Program-made: the position numbers and the translations under genes | Shown here: positions 19,831 to 30,558 of the stretch, one piece after another | How the letters are laid out: every line of letters starts with the position of its first letter | Position numbering within the stretch: position 1 is the stretch's first letter | DNA from: a virus | Lineage: Duplodnaviria > Caudoviricetes | DNA: 59,161 nucleotides | Direction: 5' to 3' (one strand) | IMG/VR virus record: IMGVR_UViG_3300030104_002956 | Location: 1-59,161 of that record | The notes under the pieces: model-generated | Told to the model about the DNA's origin: nothing | Databases searched by the model: none | The model's input: the letters and a program-made list of their open reading frames with translations, nothing else

Positions 19831-20317
19831 AGACTTTGTATTTGGTTCTATTATTATCATTTTTATAAGCCACTAGTATTTGGCCTCTTTGCTTTCCGTC
19901 TACGTTGTAACTTACGTGAACCCAAGAAGGGTTTTCTTCTGTTCCAAACTCCCAAATTAATTGATCAAAGTCTAAATTATCTTTTATATAATGAAATACC
20001 TCAGCATTATTAGGGTCGGTAGTGTGGTCCCTATCTAAATCTACAGCCTCTCCTTTACAATGTTGTGAGGTAGCTACATACTCACCTTCTACATACTTAT
20101 GAGCGCCTCCTATGGCTTTATTAAGATTTTCTGAACGATAACCACTACTAATATTAAAAGGAACTCCAAAATGGTCTCTAATCGGCTGAAATATCTTCTC
20201 AGCAAATACTTTCATATTCTCAATATGTTCTTCAGTCGGACTGTTGTCTATACCTCTTCTGCTAGCGGTTCCGCTTTTAAGCATTTCAGCAAGAGATAGA
20301 TTTTTAGATAGTTTCAT
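19814..20317 (-). CDS. Endolysin, peptidase M15 family
   Basis: SSGYRS, SQHCKGEAVD and WVHVSY zinc-peptidase motifs. Confidence 0.85.
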   Translation of the reverse strand: MKLSKNLSLAEMLKSGTASRRGIDNSPTEEHIENMKVFAEKIFQPIRDHFGVPFNISSGYRSENLNKAIGGAHKYVEGEYVATSQHCKGEAVDLDRDHTTDPNNAEVFHYIKDNLDFDQLIWEFGTEENPSWVHVSYNVDGKQRGQILVAYKNDNNRTKYKVYGREN

Positions 20318-20562
20318 TTTTTTACTCTGTTTTTAGCTGTTAATAATATTCTTTCCTCCATCTTAGCCACCTTTACTTTAAGGTTAAGGTTTTCTTGAAT
20401 GAGTTCATCTATCTTTACTTCTAGGCTGCTAATTTTTTCCGTAAGCCTACCTATTTGATCATCCTCTTTTTTAGCGTTGATGTCAATCTTCTTCTTAATT
20501 ATATTCCATATCTCTTTGACTCCCAGCGCTGAAACCAAAGCTATTAAGATAGTTTCCTCCAT
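20314..20562 (-). CDS. Membrane-anchored coiled-coil lysis-cassette protein
   Basis: Start revised to MEETILIALVSALG at 20562; N-terminal TM then coiled coil. Confidence 0.6.
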   Translation of the reverse strand: MEETILIALVSALGVKEIWNIIKKKIDINAKKEDDQIGRLTEKISSLEVKIDELIQENLNLKVKVAKMEERILLTAKNRVKK

Positions 20563-20563
20563 A

Positions 20564-20671
20564 TTATCTGCCTTGACCACGGTATTTTGGTTTGTATGCC
20601 GTTTGCCCTTTAGATGCATTCTTAGAATGTACCCCAGGTCTTTTCGTTGTTATTTTCTTTCTATACTTCAC
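20564..20671 (-). CDS. 35-aa basic peptide ending YRGQGR (not in ORF track)
   Basis: GTG start overlapping the upstream TGA; MKYRKKITTKRPGVHSKNASKGQTAYKPKYRGQGR. Confidence 0.7.
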   Translation of the reverse strand: MKYRKKITTKRPGVHSKNASKGQTAYKPKYRGQGR

Positions 20672-20913
20672 TCTCCAGGTTCAGCTGGTGTCCACTCTGG
20701 AGTAGCTAATAAAACTAATATCTCTTCGTGAGTATAAGTTCCTACTGGAACTAGTGACCCGTTGGTGATAAAAGAAGGCTCTACCTGAAAAGATAAAACA
20801 CCTTGCGTATTAGCTACATTTCTTCTCATTGTTTGAGCAGAAGATTGGTTCACCTGACTGAATAAAACTGAGTTGGTGTCAGATAGGTTGATTACTACAT
20901 AAGTTGTTGCCAT
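20668..20913 (-). CDS. Hypothetical protein
   Basis: 81-aa ORF after a promoter box. Confidence 0.7.
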   Translation of the reverse strand: MATTYVVINLSDTNSVLFSQVNQSSAQTMRRNVANTQGVLSFQVEPSFITNGSLVPVGTYTHEEILVLLATPEWTPAEPGE

Positions 20914-20927
20914 TTTTTTGTTTTTTA

Positions 20928-20935
20928 CAAAGTTA
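20928..20935 (-). promoter_or_regulatory. Bacteroidota-type -7 promoter box TAACTTTG
   Basis: TAnnTTTG upstream of the lysis cassette. Confidence 0.6.
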
Positions 20936-20943
20936 ATATTTTT

Positions 20944-23823
20944 TTATGATGGTACGTCTGTTCCTTTAGCTGTTACTGCCATTCCGCTTGATATTGCATT
21001 TGCCGTGCTATACGGTGCATCACCTACTAAAGCTCCAACTGCCATTCCAGTTGAAGTTCCATTAGCTGTCGTGCCTACACCGTTCGTTAAAGCTGTTTCA
21101 GCGGTGTTAACACTATCTGCGTCGTTACCAGCAGTCATTTCATCAGCATATTTCCAATTACTGCCATCAAAACTGCTATTTTCACCTAATTGCCACCAAC
21201 TAATTGGAGCTGTTCCAGAAAAAGTATTTAAATTAGAGGGGAGACCTTCATTATAAATTTCCCTTATTTCAGAAGCATTTAAAGCAACATTCCAAATAGC
21301 ATTATTTGATAAACTTAAATCTGAACTATAGGCGCTGGTATAAGCATTAAATTGAACAGGATTAGTATTTACGGATAAATTACCTATTGTAGGTGTGCTA
21401 CTTGCTACTAAATCTCCATTAACATAAAGTTTTAAAGAATTACCCTCTCTTACGCCAGCGATATGATGCCAAGTGTCAAGACTCAAAGCCGCTAGACCTT
21501 CTAAGTTATGAAAACTACCATCATTTACTTGAAATCTTGGTTTGTTTGATTCAGTGCTTTGATGTGACTTTAAAACATATGAATCTGCTTTTGCTATAAG
21601 ATGGCCATTACTTATATATGAACCGTCAATCCTTACCCAACTTGAAAGTGTCAAGTTTCCAGTTATTTGTAGTGTTGAATTATTTGGTACGTTTATATAA
21701 TCTGATAAAGTAGCGTCATCTAGCTTCATAGCATATTTACTGTAAGGAGCAACTGTTTGTAAGTCACTTTGAACAAGGTTTAATTGAGACATTCCTGTGC
21801 TATCACCAGCTAATGTATTTACAAAGCCAACGTATTCCGTAGCTCCGTTATTAGTTCCGTTGTTAGATCCTTTTGAATCTTCAATACCTGTAATTGTGTT
21901 ATCTAACTTCCACCAAGAAACCAAAGAACTAAACGAGCTCATATCAGTTAAAGGATTTCCACTATTGTAAAGAGTTTCTACTGAGTTAGAACCTGTCTCT
22001 TCTAGTTTTGTATTAAATATTTGAAAATTTGAAAGTTGCCCATCTAAGTAGTAACTACCACTTTGGATTAACCTACCTAAATAAAAGTTATTAGCCCAAC
22101 TTACTGAACCTGTACCAGCAACACTAACAGTACTAATTAAATCTCCATTTAAATAACCCTTTATAACTCTTGAAGTATCGTCATATGTGAATATTGCATT
22201 ATGCCAACTATTTATAACTACACTACCGCTTCCAAGATTAACTTGAGCAGAAGTGCCACTGCTGCCTTTATGGTACAACGCGAGTCCACCAGCATATTGG
22301 AGTGAGCTAAATAAGGTTAAACCACTATTATTAATATTACTACCAGCACACCATATACCAGCGTTTACAGTTGAATTTAAATTATACCATATTGAAATAG
22401 TGTAATCACCAGTTGGTCTAATACTACTACTACTTCCTAAGCTAATATTATTGCTTGCAGCTCTATCAAAATTTAAAGAACTTAGGTAAGCTGAAGAGTT
22501 TGCGTTATTATCTATACTCCATTCCGTATTTGAATTATTATAAATCTCACTTGCATCCAATTTATACCAAGCGTTTGGAGCTTGAGTTAAGGTTGTTGTA
22601 GACATTAAAGGAGAGCCGTAGTTATAAAGCTTATCCACATTGGCTTGGTCTATTTCATAGTTAGTAAAATACATCATATTTGAAACTTTTCCATAAGATG
22701 ACCCAGAAGAATATTGAAATAATTTAAAGCCTGATGTAAAAGAGTCTGCAGAACCATTCGTATTTGCGTTACTTTGACTGATTGAAACTTTATTTATCCA
22801 TAATTTAGAATTTGTAACGTTAGTAGTATCTACAAAAACAACCCAATGTTGCCAATCGTTACTAGTGCTTTGAGCAACAAAATATTGCCAATAATTACTT
22901 GCTAAATATACTATTGGTTTATTACTAAATTGTGTAAATCCGCCTGTTGTGGCTGCTCCGTGATCAAACGAAAATTGTCTTGTTGCGTTTTTTACCCATA
23001 TAGAAACTGTAAATTTTCCACCTGTATTAGATTGATTAATATTAGAACTAATATTAGCTCCAGCTCCAGAATCCATTTTAAAAACATAATCTCCAATTGC
23101 ATTGTTTTCTGCTAAAAAGTTACCGTTCCAAGCAGATGTACCTAAAGGATAATAAGCGATAGGTGGACTTGGTAAAGCCATAGGGTTTGGTAAAGATGAA
23201 CCATTACCATAAAGTTGAGCTATTTGACCAGTTGCTGTACTACCAACTGAAACACCACCATCTGACAACGCATAATCAAAAATACACACATCACTAAAAC
23301 TCATATTTAGAACATTCCATTGAGGGTGAGATGTACTTCCAAAACTACCAATATAAAAATCACCTCTAGCGCCTGACATTGCAGCGCCTGTAATAGAAGT
23401 ACTAGCTTTTAAAACTCCATCAATATACATATTAAACTTAGTATCACTAGAAGATATTATTACATTATGCCAATTACCATCTTTGTAGTCAAATGACGTG
23501 TCTTGAACGGTTACTACTGAAGGCATAGCATAATTATTACATTTAAACCCAAGACTTGTAGGAGGGTTACCAGCATTAGCTCCAGTTTGCAATGCTAGCC
23601 CACTGCCAGTACCTGCTTTAGGAAAAGACCATACGTGCTCATCACTATTATTTGTTGTTGTTTTTATCCAACAAGAGACTGTTATTTGAGTTAACCCGTT
23701 TATGCTATAATCAGTTTCGATATAATCTGCTTGATCAGGTTGATGTAAACTATAATTACTTTGCTTACTCTGATTAGCATTTCTTGGCATTCGCCAGCCT
23801 GGACTTAAAAACTTTGTACTCAT
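20944..23823 (-). CDS. Multi-LamG (concanavalin A-like) fibre/adhesin protein
   Basis: About 4 repeats of the T.S.W...WH.V...Y.NG...ISWW.L pattern. Confidence 0.8.
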   Translation of the reverse strand: MSTKFLSPGWRMPRNANQSKQSNYSLHQPDQADYIETDYSINGLTQITVSCWIKTTTNNSDEHVWSFPKAGTGSGLALQTGANAGNPPTSLGFKCNNYAMPSVVTVQDTSFDYKDGNWHNVIISSSDTKFNMYIDGVLKASTSITGAAMSGARGDFYIGSFGSTSHPQWNVLNMSFSDVCIFDYALSDGGVSVGSTATGQIAQLYGNGSSLPNPMALPSPPIAYYPLGTSAWNGNFLAENNAIGDYVFKMDSGAGANISSNINQSNTGGKFTVSIWVKNATRQFSFDHGAATTGGFTQFSNKPIVYLASNYWQYFVAQSTSNDWQHWVVFVDTTNVTNSKLWINKVSISQSNANTNGSADSFTSGFKLFQYSSGSSYGKVSNMMYFTNYEIDQANVDKLYNYGSPLMSTTTLTQAPNAWYKLDASEIYNNSNTEWSIDNNANSSAYLSSLNFDRAASNNISLGSSSSIRPTGDYTISIWYNLNSTVNAGIWCAGSNINNSGLTLFSSLQYAGGLALYHKGSSGTSAQVNLGSGSVVINSWHNAIFTYDDTSRVIKGYLNGDLISTVSVAGTGSVSWANNFYLGRLIQSGSYYLDGQLSNFQIFNTKLEETGSNSVETLYNSGNPLTDMSSFSSLVSWWKLDNTITGIEDSKGSNNGTNNGATEYVGFVNTLAGDSTGMSQLNLVQSDLQTVAPYSKYAMKLDDATLSDYINVPNNSTLQITGNLTLSSWVRIDGSYISNGHLIAKADSYVLKSHQSTESNKPRFQVNDGSFHNLEGLAALSLDTWHHIAGVREGNSLKLYVNGDLVASSTPTIGNLSVNTNPVQFNAYTSAYSSDLSLSNNAIWNVALNASEIREIYNEGLPSNLNTFSGTAPISWWQLGENSSFDGSNWKYADEMTAGNDADSVNTAETALTNGVGTTANGTSTGMAVGALVGDAPYSTANAISSGMAVTAKGTDVPS

Positions 23824-23824
23824 A

Positions 23825-26800
23825 TTAATCTCCCATTCTATACCAAGCCACTGGCGTTGGTAGGTTAGTATTATTTTCTATATCTGCTGTTTTACCTGTT
23901 GTTGTTGCGTTATATAAATCAAATTTAATTTGATCAGCTGTTAATGCTTTATCGAATATTGCTACTTCATCTATTTGACCATTAAATTTATTGCCTGGTT
24001 GTCCACCTATAACACTACTTGTATTAGAAACTGTTGAAAAAGCACCTGCGCCGGTTAAACCAATATTACTACCGTCTACGTAAATTTTATAACTTGATAA
24101 AGCCGCTTTATCTACGCCGTCAAAAACCAAGCAAATGTGCTTCCAAACTCCAATAAAATCTGCTGAAATATCACCATCTGTTCTTCCTCTTGCAAAATTA
24201 GTTGAGCTTCCAAAAAAAACTCCTGCGTAAGCTGAAGCATTAGACAGTCCAAACGTCCAACCAGTCGATGTATCTGTTTTAAATTTAGCAATTGATGGAT
24301 ATAGCGATGGTGAATAACCTGTAAGTTTTACCCAAGCAGAAACAGAAAAACTTTTAGTAGAATCAAATAAAACCTCTGAACTTAAATCAAAAATATCATC
24401 AACCCCATCAAATGTCATTTCAGAAGTATTACTTATTTGTGCTCCAACATATCCAGGTACGTAAGGTACTTTATCATCTGGAATCATATTATAACTCTGA
24501 GAGTTAGCAGTTGATAAAGGAGCATCTCCTACACGATCTACAATATCTAAATTTGTTCCTACACCATTAGCATAAGTTCCAGGTGCATCAGCTGATAGCA
24601 TTGAAGTAACAGTACCAGCTCCAGTTCCATTAGGTGCTCCAGTAATTGAGTTAGGTACGGTAAATGTATTATTATCAAAATAAGCATTTTCACCAAGTCT
24701 CCACCAAGAAATAGGTGCAGTTCCAGAGAAGTTATCTAAATCACTAGGTTTGCCATTGTTATATATTTCTAATACTTTAGCAGATGATAGTGCATAATTA
24801 AATAGTGAGGTTTCGTCTAATTGACCGTTAAAACCAGATAACCCCGCTCTACTTCCTATATAAAAATTATCAGTATTAGAACTCGCTTGAATTTTATTAC
24901 CGCCTGTAGTATTTAAACTTCCATCAATATAAATAAAAGAACTGCTACCATTTGCAACAAAAACTAAATGATGCCAATTATTATCGCTAACGTTTACACC
25001 ACTTGTATCAAAACTATTTGTGCCAGCCCATCTAATATTTCCTGATGTTAGTGTTTGAATTGCAATTTCATCGTTTGCACCTTTTTCACAAATTACTAAA
25101 TTAGTAGTTGATGTAGTTTTAATCCAAAAACTTAAAGAATAGTTAGAAGTTACAAAATTAAGTGAATTACCACAATTTATATAATCTCCTGTTCCATCAA
25201 ATTTTAAACTATAGTTACTATAAGGTGAATCAAATTGTAAATCACTTTGTTGTAGAGCTGTACTTGGTAAAGTTGTACTTACTCCATTTACTGGTTGAGG
25301 AGTTACAACGTCTGATGTTACTTGAGTAGCTCCTGGGCTACTATTAGTTCCATTATTTCCAGCAGAACCATAATCTGTTATTGTAGAACCTCCAGTATCT
25401 AATTTCCACCAGCCAATTGGAGAGAAGCTAATAGCTGTTTCAGGTGTTCCATTATTATAAAGTGTTGATACCTGTGGACTTGTTAAAGCTGAATTAAACA
25501 CAGCTACATTTGAGATAGAGCCTTTAAATCTATAAGTAGCAGCTCCTCCAATTCTTAAATTGTAACTAGTATTAGGCATAGCATTTGCAGTTTGAGTTAC
25601 TGCTACAGGGCTTCCGTTAATATAAATATCAACGTCTTTATGAGTTCCCGTTCCTGTATTTTTAAAAACAAATACTGCATTTATCCAAGTATTAGCAGTA
25701 ATAGTGCCAATACTTGTAGTAGCTGCACTTCCTCCTACATACATTAACACTTGTCCGCTTTGTTGTATCCAACAAGCAAAATCTGCATATGAGCCAGCAT
25801 AACCATCTCTACCAAAAATCATACTTGTACTATGACTAAGGTCTGTAATAAACCAAGTTGATATAGTAAATATATTTGTTGTTTTTATTGAGTCATATAC
25901 ATTTGGTACATCTATATAGTTACTACTACCATTAAAATCTAAAGCCGCTGTATAATTAGGCGTTGTAATAGGTAATGCACTTGGTATTTTCCAAGATGGG
26001 ACAACGGCTACGGAGCTACTTACTTCATTTACAGTTCCATTATGTGTTAAATCGTAACTTGAACCAGTTAAAGATCCATTACTTTGAGAACCTGTTGTTT
26101 TATTATCTAGTTTATACCAAACTAAAGGGTTAAAGGATATACTTGTTTCTGGAGTACCAAAGTTAAATAAAGTTGAAACTTGTGAAGCTGTAAGAGCTGA
26201 ATCATAAACTGCAACATTAGAAACGTTACCATTAGAACCTGCTTGAAAACTTTTGCCAATATTAATACCACTAGTTGTAGCTAGTGGAGTACCACTTGGA
26301 AAAGTTACAGCACCTTGTGATTCTCCGTCTACGTAAACATTAGCACTTAAAGAACTGTAAGAAATTACAATATGGTGGTATTTTTGATCACCTAAATATT
26401 TAATATAAATAGTACTACTATCATTTCCCTTACCGTATAGTCTAAAAAAAGTATTATCAGTAGGATTAGGCGACCCTGGTCCTAAAGCTATAGAAAATTG
26501 AGTACTTGTAGCACTATTTCCTAAATCTCCTAGAGAAACAGCGTATTCGTTCGGGTTTAATCCAGCAGAATTAGTTTTATACCAAAAAGAAATAGTTCTA
26601 TCTGCGTTTCCTGAAATTATAGAACTTGTATTATTTGAATAATTTCCATAAGTAGGGCTAGAAGTATTAACATAATCTAAAGCTGTTGTATAATTAGGTG
26701 CACTAGGCGTATAAACAGAATCTGCATTTAGTTTCCACCAGTTTTGTGGAGTAACTGTATAAGTTGTTTGAGGAGAGCCGTTGTTATAGATGTTGGCTAC

Positions 26801-28036
26801 ATTAGCTGTTTGATCAGAGTTCCATACAGCTACGTTTGAAATTTGACCACTAAAAGGGTTATTGCCAAAATTTACCTCATAACCAATAATTAATCCTTGT
26901 AAAAGATTATCTAAAGATTTTGTTTGGTTTCCTGTTACAGTTAATGGAGAGCCATCCCAATAAATCTTAGTTGTAGTTCCATTTGAAGTTAAAAAAAAGT
27001 GGTGCCAATTAGTATCTATTGCAGGGATCGTAGCTGCAGAACTTTCTGAGTTAGCTGTACCATCAAATGAATACATCTGTATTGTGGTTGAATTTGAAAA
27101 TCTTATTATAAAATTTCCATTATATCCAGCACTATAGTAATTAGGAGAACTTAAGAAAACAGATGCAGTTGGTGATGTTGTATCACTTTTAAGCCAACAA
27201 GAAAAAGAGTAGTTATTTCCTATTGTAAAACCGCTTGTTTGAACAAAATCATCTGATCCATTAAAATCCATTACATAATCTTGCAATACACCATTTGGAA
27301 ATTGCCATTCAGATCCTGATATATCACTTCCTGGATTACTAGGATCAAGATACCCTGTATTCTGCGCTTGCTCACCTAATGGATAATAAGCGAAAGGGTC
27401 TAAGTTAAGTACAGTAGCAGCCGAAGCTGGAGAGCCATTATTCCATAAAGCCTCTATGTCTTGATCACTTATAGTTTTGTTAAATATGCAAAATTCATCT
27501 AATTTTCCTTTAGAGTATAATCCTGAGTTTAAAGTTCCATCATTACCTAACCTAAAATTAGTTGTTGAGACAAGAGTTCTAGAAGACAAGTCTGTAATAG
27601 GAGTTCCATTATTTACTACACTTTTTAAAGTAGTACCATCATAAGTTGTCACAATGTGATTCCATCCCGTGTTTAATAATGAGTTTGGAATTTCGTTCCA
27701 TTGAGCACCACTACCAGGGCCAATAAAATATAAATAACTATTTAAACCGTTAACCAAAGATAAAGCTATACCTTTACCTGCATTACTTGCATCTCTATTA
27801 CCAAAAGCAACATTATCTCCTGAGTCTTGATTAGGTCTAGTAAACCAAATAGAAAAACTAAAATTAGTTAAACCATCTAATTCAGTAATTACACCTAAAT
27901 CTATGGATGAAGAAGAAGAATTACCATCAAAATTCATAGAATACAAACTATTGATACCAGTGTCATTAGCTGTGTTAGCTGAGGTATTTAATTCGTTAGG
28001 TAATAAAAAACTTGGACTTTTATACTTTGCTGACAT
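23825..28036 (-). CDS. Multi-LamG fibre/adhesin protein, 1403 aa
   Basis: About 6 LamG-like repeats; ends WYRMGD. Confidence 0.8.
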   Translation of the reverse strand: MSAKYKSPSFLLPNELNTSANTANDTGINSLYSMNFDGNSSSSSIDLGVITELDGLTNFSFSIWFTRPNQDSGDNVAFGNRDASNAGKGIALSLVNGLNSYLYFIGPGSGAQWNEIPNSLLNTGWNHIVTTYDGTTLKSVVNNGTPITDLSSRTLVSTTNFRLGNDGTLNSGLYSKGKLDEFCIFNKTISDQDIEALWNNGSPASAATVLNLDPFAYYPLGEQAQNTGYLDPSNPGSDISGSEWQFPNGVLQDYVMDFNGSDDFVQTSGFTIGNNYSFSCWLKSDTTSPTASVFLSSPNYYSAGYNGNFIIRFSNSTTIQMYSFDGTANSESSAATIPAIDTNWHHFFLTSNGTTTKIYWDGSPLTVTGNQTKSLDNLLQGLIIGYEVNFGNNPFSGQISNVAVWNSDQTANVANIYNNGSPQTTYTVTPQNWWKLNADSVYTPSAPNYTTALDYVNTSSPTYGNYSNNTSSIISGNADRTISFWYKTNSAGLNPNEYAVSLGDLGNSATSTQFSIALGPGSPNPTDNTFFRLYGKGNDSSTIYIKYLGDQKYHHIVISYSSLSANVYVDGESQGAVTFPSGTPLATTSGINIGKSFQAGSNGNVSNVAVYDSALTASQVSTLFNFGTPETSISFNPLVWYKLDNKTTGSQSNGSLTGSSYDLTHNGTVNEVSSSVAVVPSWKIPSALPITTPNYTAALDFNGSSNYIDVPNVYDSIKTTNIFTISTWFITDLSHSTSMIFGRDGYAGSYADFACWIQQSGQVLMYVGGSAATTSIGTITANTWINAVFVFKNTGTGTHKDVDIYINGSPVAVTQTANAMPNTSYNLRIGGAATYRFKGSISNVAVFNSALTSPQVSTLYNNGTPETAISFSPIGWWKLDTGGSTITDYGSAGNNGTNSSPGATQVTSDVVTPQPVNGVSTTLPSTALQQSDLQFDSPYSNYSLKFDGTGDYINCGNSLNFVTSNYSLSFWIKTTSTTNLVICEKGANDEIAIQTLTSGNIRWAGTNSFDTSGVNVSDNNWHHLVFVANGSSSFIYIDGSLNTTGGNKIQASSNTDNFYIGSRAGLSGFNGQLDETSLFNYALSSAKVLEIYNNGKPSDLDNFSGTAPISWWRLGENAYFDNNTFTVPNSITGAPNGTGAGTVTSMLSADAPGTYANGVGTNLDIVDRVGDAPLSTANSQSYNMIPDDKVPYVPGYVGAQISNTSEMTFDGVDDIFDLSSEVLFDSTKSFSVSAWVKLTGYSPSLYPSIAKFKTDTSTGWTFGLSNASAYAGVFFGSSTNFARGRTDGDISADFIGVWKHICLVFDGVDKAALSSYKIYVDGSNIGLTGAGAFSTVSNTSSVIGGQPGNKFNGQIDEVAIFDKALTADQIKFDLYNATTTGKTADIENNTNLPTPVAWYRMGD

Positions 28037-28046
28037 ATTCTATTTT

Positions 28047-30557
28047 TTAACTATCTCCCATTCTATTCCAATATACAAGTGATGAACCTAATCCACCTGT
28101 GAATAAATCACCTGTTTTTTCTGGATTATCATTAGTTGCATCGTAAATCAACCCAACCTCTGACAAAGATAAGGCTTTGTTAAATATTGCTACTTCATCT
28201 ATATCTCCGTTAACAAAAAATCCATCAGAACCATTTGTTTGTAACCCTTTACCTATAGTAAAATTCTGCCCTAAATTAGTTCTAGTACTAGAAAGTGTTC
28301 CAGAAGCACTCGTATCTGATCCGTTTAAATATATTTTACCTGAAGTTCCTGTAGCAACTACAACTATATGATGCCAAATGTTATTAGCAACAGTAGGGGT
28401 ACTTTGAATATAATTACTCTGAGCACCTAGTCCAAAATATAAAACATTATTATCTCTCTGAACATAAGTAGAATTAGTCGCAAGACTTGTTCCTGAGAAA
28501 AACATCATAGAGTTTTGATTTCCATTAAATTTAACCCATAATGAAACAGTAAAATCAGACACTTCTATTCCATTAATACTACCAGCGTTTATATAACTAT
28601 CTGTCCCATTAAATGACATAGCTGCATTGTTGTCTAGTAAGGTTAGAGCAGCAGCAGTAACTCCGAAGTTCTCTATAATACCATTATTAGCACAAGTAGT
28701 GCTAGAGCCAGCAGTTTGATAGAAAATCTTATAGGTTCCAATAGTAGAGTTAGCTAAGTCAATCTCACCAGTAGAAGAGTTAATACTCAATCCTGGAGTA
28801 GCGCTATAAGTACCACCACTTGTTCCTGGAGCACTTGTTACACTAGCTGTTCCAACTTTAGGGAAGCTAGTTCCACTATAAGCAAATGTAGTTTGGTCTA
28901 GCGGTTTAACAGTAATAGTATTATCCACGGTAACAGAACAAGTTCCTGGACTTGTATATCTTACGGTATAAGTTCCCGCATCAGATGCTTGTAAATTAAT
29001 TACACCTGTTGTTGAATTAATACTTAATGTTCCTGAACCAGATTGCTTGGTAAATGTTCCTCCAGTAGCTCCAGTTACTGTTGGTTGATCGGTCTCTGGA
29101 GTATATGGATTAGAAGGTGGGTGAAATAAAACAACTCCTGGATTTACTCCAGGAGAAGCTCCAGGCATATAATAATAAGTTCCTCCTATATAATGAGAAT
29201 GACTTTGACCATCATTACTATAAGCATTAGCAGCAGATGCGGTAGTATACATTGGATAGTAACCATTTACATTTTGAGCACCTGGTACAGTTGGCATTAT
29301 ACAGTAGCTAGATGCAGCATATTGTACAGTAGCAACATCTACAGCAGTAACTGTAATTTGTTGGGTAGCTGTATTTTGACAACCATTAGCGTCAGTTCCT
29401 GTAACAGAGAAAGTGGTTGTAGCTCCTGGAGTTACTGTTAATGGATTAGCAGTTTGACCACCTCCCCATAAATAACTCGTACCACCACTAGCAGTAAGAG
29501 TTACACTATCTCCAGCACAAATAGAAGTGCTAGATGCGCTAATAGAAATAGTTGGTAGTGGGTTGACAGTAAATGCAGCACTAGCTGTATTCTGACAACC
29601 ATTACTACCTGTACCAGTAACAGAATATGTAGCAGAAGAATTAACTGTTATCTGAGCTGTAGTTGCTCCTGTAGACCAGAGATAAGAAACACCACCTGAT
29701 GCAGTAAGTGTAGCAGAAGAACCGTCACAAACAGATAAAGATGGGTTAGGAGTAATGACAATAGTTGGTAAATTCTTTATGGTTACTTGTGTAGTAGCTG
29801 TTTCTCCAGTAGAAGCAGTATAAGTAATTGTATATGGATTACTATCTCCTGGAATAGAAGTGTCAGTATTGATAACACCATTAGATAAGTTGATAGTTAA
29901 ACCAGCTGGAGTCGCTGCAAAAGTTCCACTTCCTGGATCACCAACAACAGTAGGAGCCGCAGTGTTTCCACCATCCTCACAGAAAGCAGCAGCAGAATAA
30001 GTTATAGATAATGCAACTTGAACAGTTACATCAAAAGTGCTTGAAGTAGGGCAGTTTCCTGTAGTCGTATAAGTAATAGTGTAAGGACCACCTACAGTAG
30101 AAGCAGCTAAATTGATAATACCACTGGAACTATTAGTGTTGGTTCCGCTATCTGCAAATATGATTCCACTAGGTGCACTAAAAATACCGCCAACTAAACC
30201 TGTTATGGTTGGAGCAGGATTAGAAGCGTTTTGTCTGAAACTAGATGCAGAGTAAGAGAAAGAAGAATTATCAGCAGGTAAAATAGTTATCGTGTCTGTA
30301 GTTGGTCCAATACTATAAGTAACCGTATAAGTTCCTACAGTAGAAGCACTAACATCAATAACACCTGTAGAACTTGTGCCTGTTCCTGTATCTGCAAATA
30401 TTAATCCAGCAGGACTTGAAGAAAAAGTACCACCTGGTATTTTTATAATAGGAGTTACATCCGAACCATTTTCACAAGCTTGTGACTGTTCGTATTGAAA
30501 AAACGGTTCTTCTCTAGGGCTTGAAAAACCTACACCGATTCCCGCTCCTATGTTCAT
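28047..30557 (-). CDS. Putative head-spike fibre: Ig/PKD-like repeats plus C-terminal LamG
   Basis: N-terminal MNIGAGIGVG, INxSTGxIDL repeats, TLTASGGxSYLW...NGC repeats, and a LamG domain ending WNRMGD. Confidence 0.7.
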   Translation of the reverse strand: MNIGAGIGVGFSSPREEPFFQYEQSQACENGSDVTPIIKIPGGTFSSSPAGLIFADTGTGTSSTGVIDVSASTVGTYTVTYSIGPTTDTITILPADNSSFSYSASSFRQNASNPAPTITGLVGGIFSAPSGIIFADSGTNTNSSSGIINLAASTVGGPYTITYTTTGNCPTSSTFDVTVQVALSITYSAAAFCEDGGNTAAPTVVGDPGSGTFAATPAGLTINLSNGVINTDTSIPGDSNPYTITYTASTGETATTQVTIKNLPTIVITPNPSLSVCDGSSATLTASGGVSYLWSTGATTAQITVNSSATYSVTGTGSNGCQNTASAAFTVNPLPTISISASSTSICAGDSVTLTASGGTSYLWGGGQTANPLTVTPGATTTFSVTGTDANGCQNTATQQITVTAVDVATVQYAASSYCIMPTVPGAQNVNGYYPMYTTASAANAYSNDGQSHSHYIGGTYYYMPGASPGVNPGVVLFHPPSNPYTPETDQPTVTGATGGTFTKQSGSGTLSINSTTGVINLQASDAGTYTVRYTSPGTCSVTVDNTITVKPLDQTTFAYSGTSFPKVGTASVTSAPGTSGGTYSATPGLSINSSTGEIDLANSTIGTYKIFYQTAGSSTTCANNGIIENFGVTAAALTLLDNNAAMSFNGTDSYINAGSINGIEVSDFTVSLWVKFNGNQNSMMFFSGTSLATNSTYVQRDNNVLYFGLGAQSNYIQSTPTVANNIWHHIVVVATGTSGKIYLNGSDTSASGTLSSTRTNLGQNFTIGKGLQTNGSDGFFVNGDIDEVAIFNKALSLSEVGLIYDATNDNPEKTGDLFTGGLGSSLVYWNRMGDS

Positions 30558-30558
30558 A

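Noticed and set aside
20944-30557. Diversity-generating retroelement or invertible tail-fibre cassette
   Set aside because: No reverse transcriptase or invertase recognised, and no long near-identical template/variable repeat seen.
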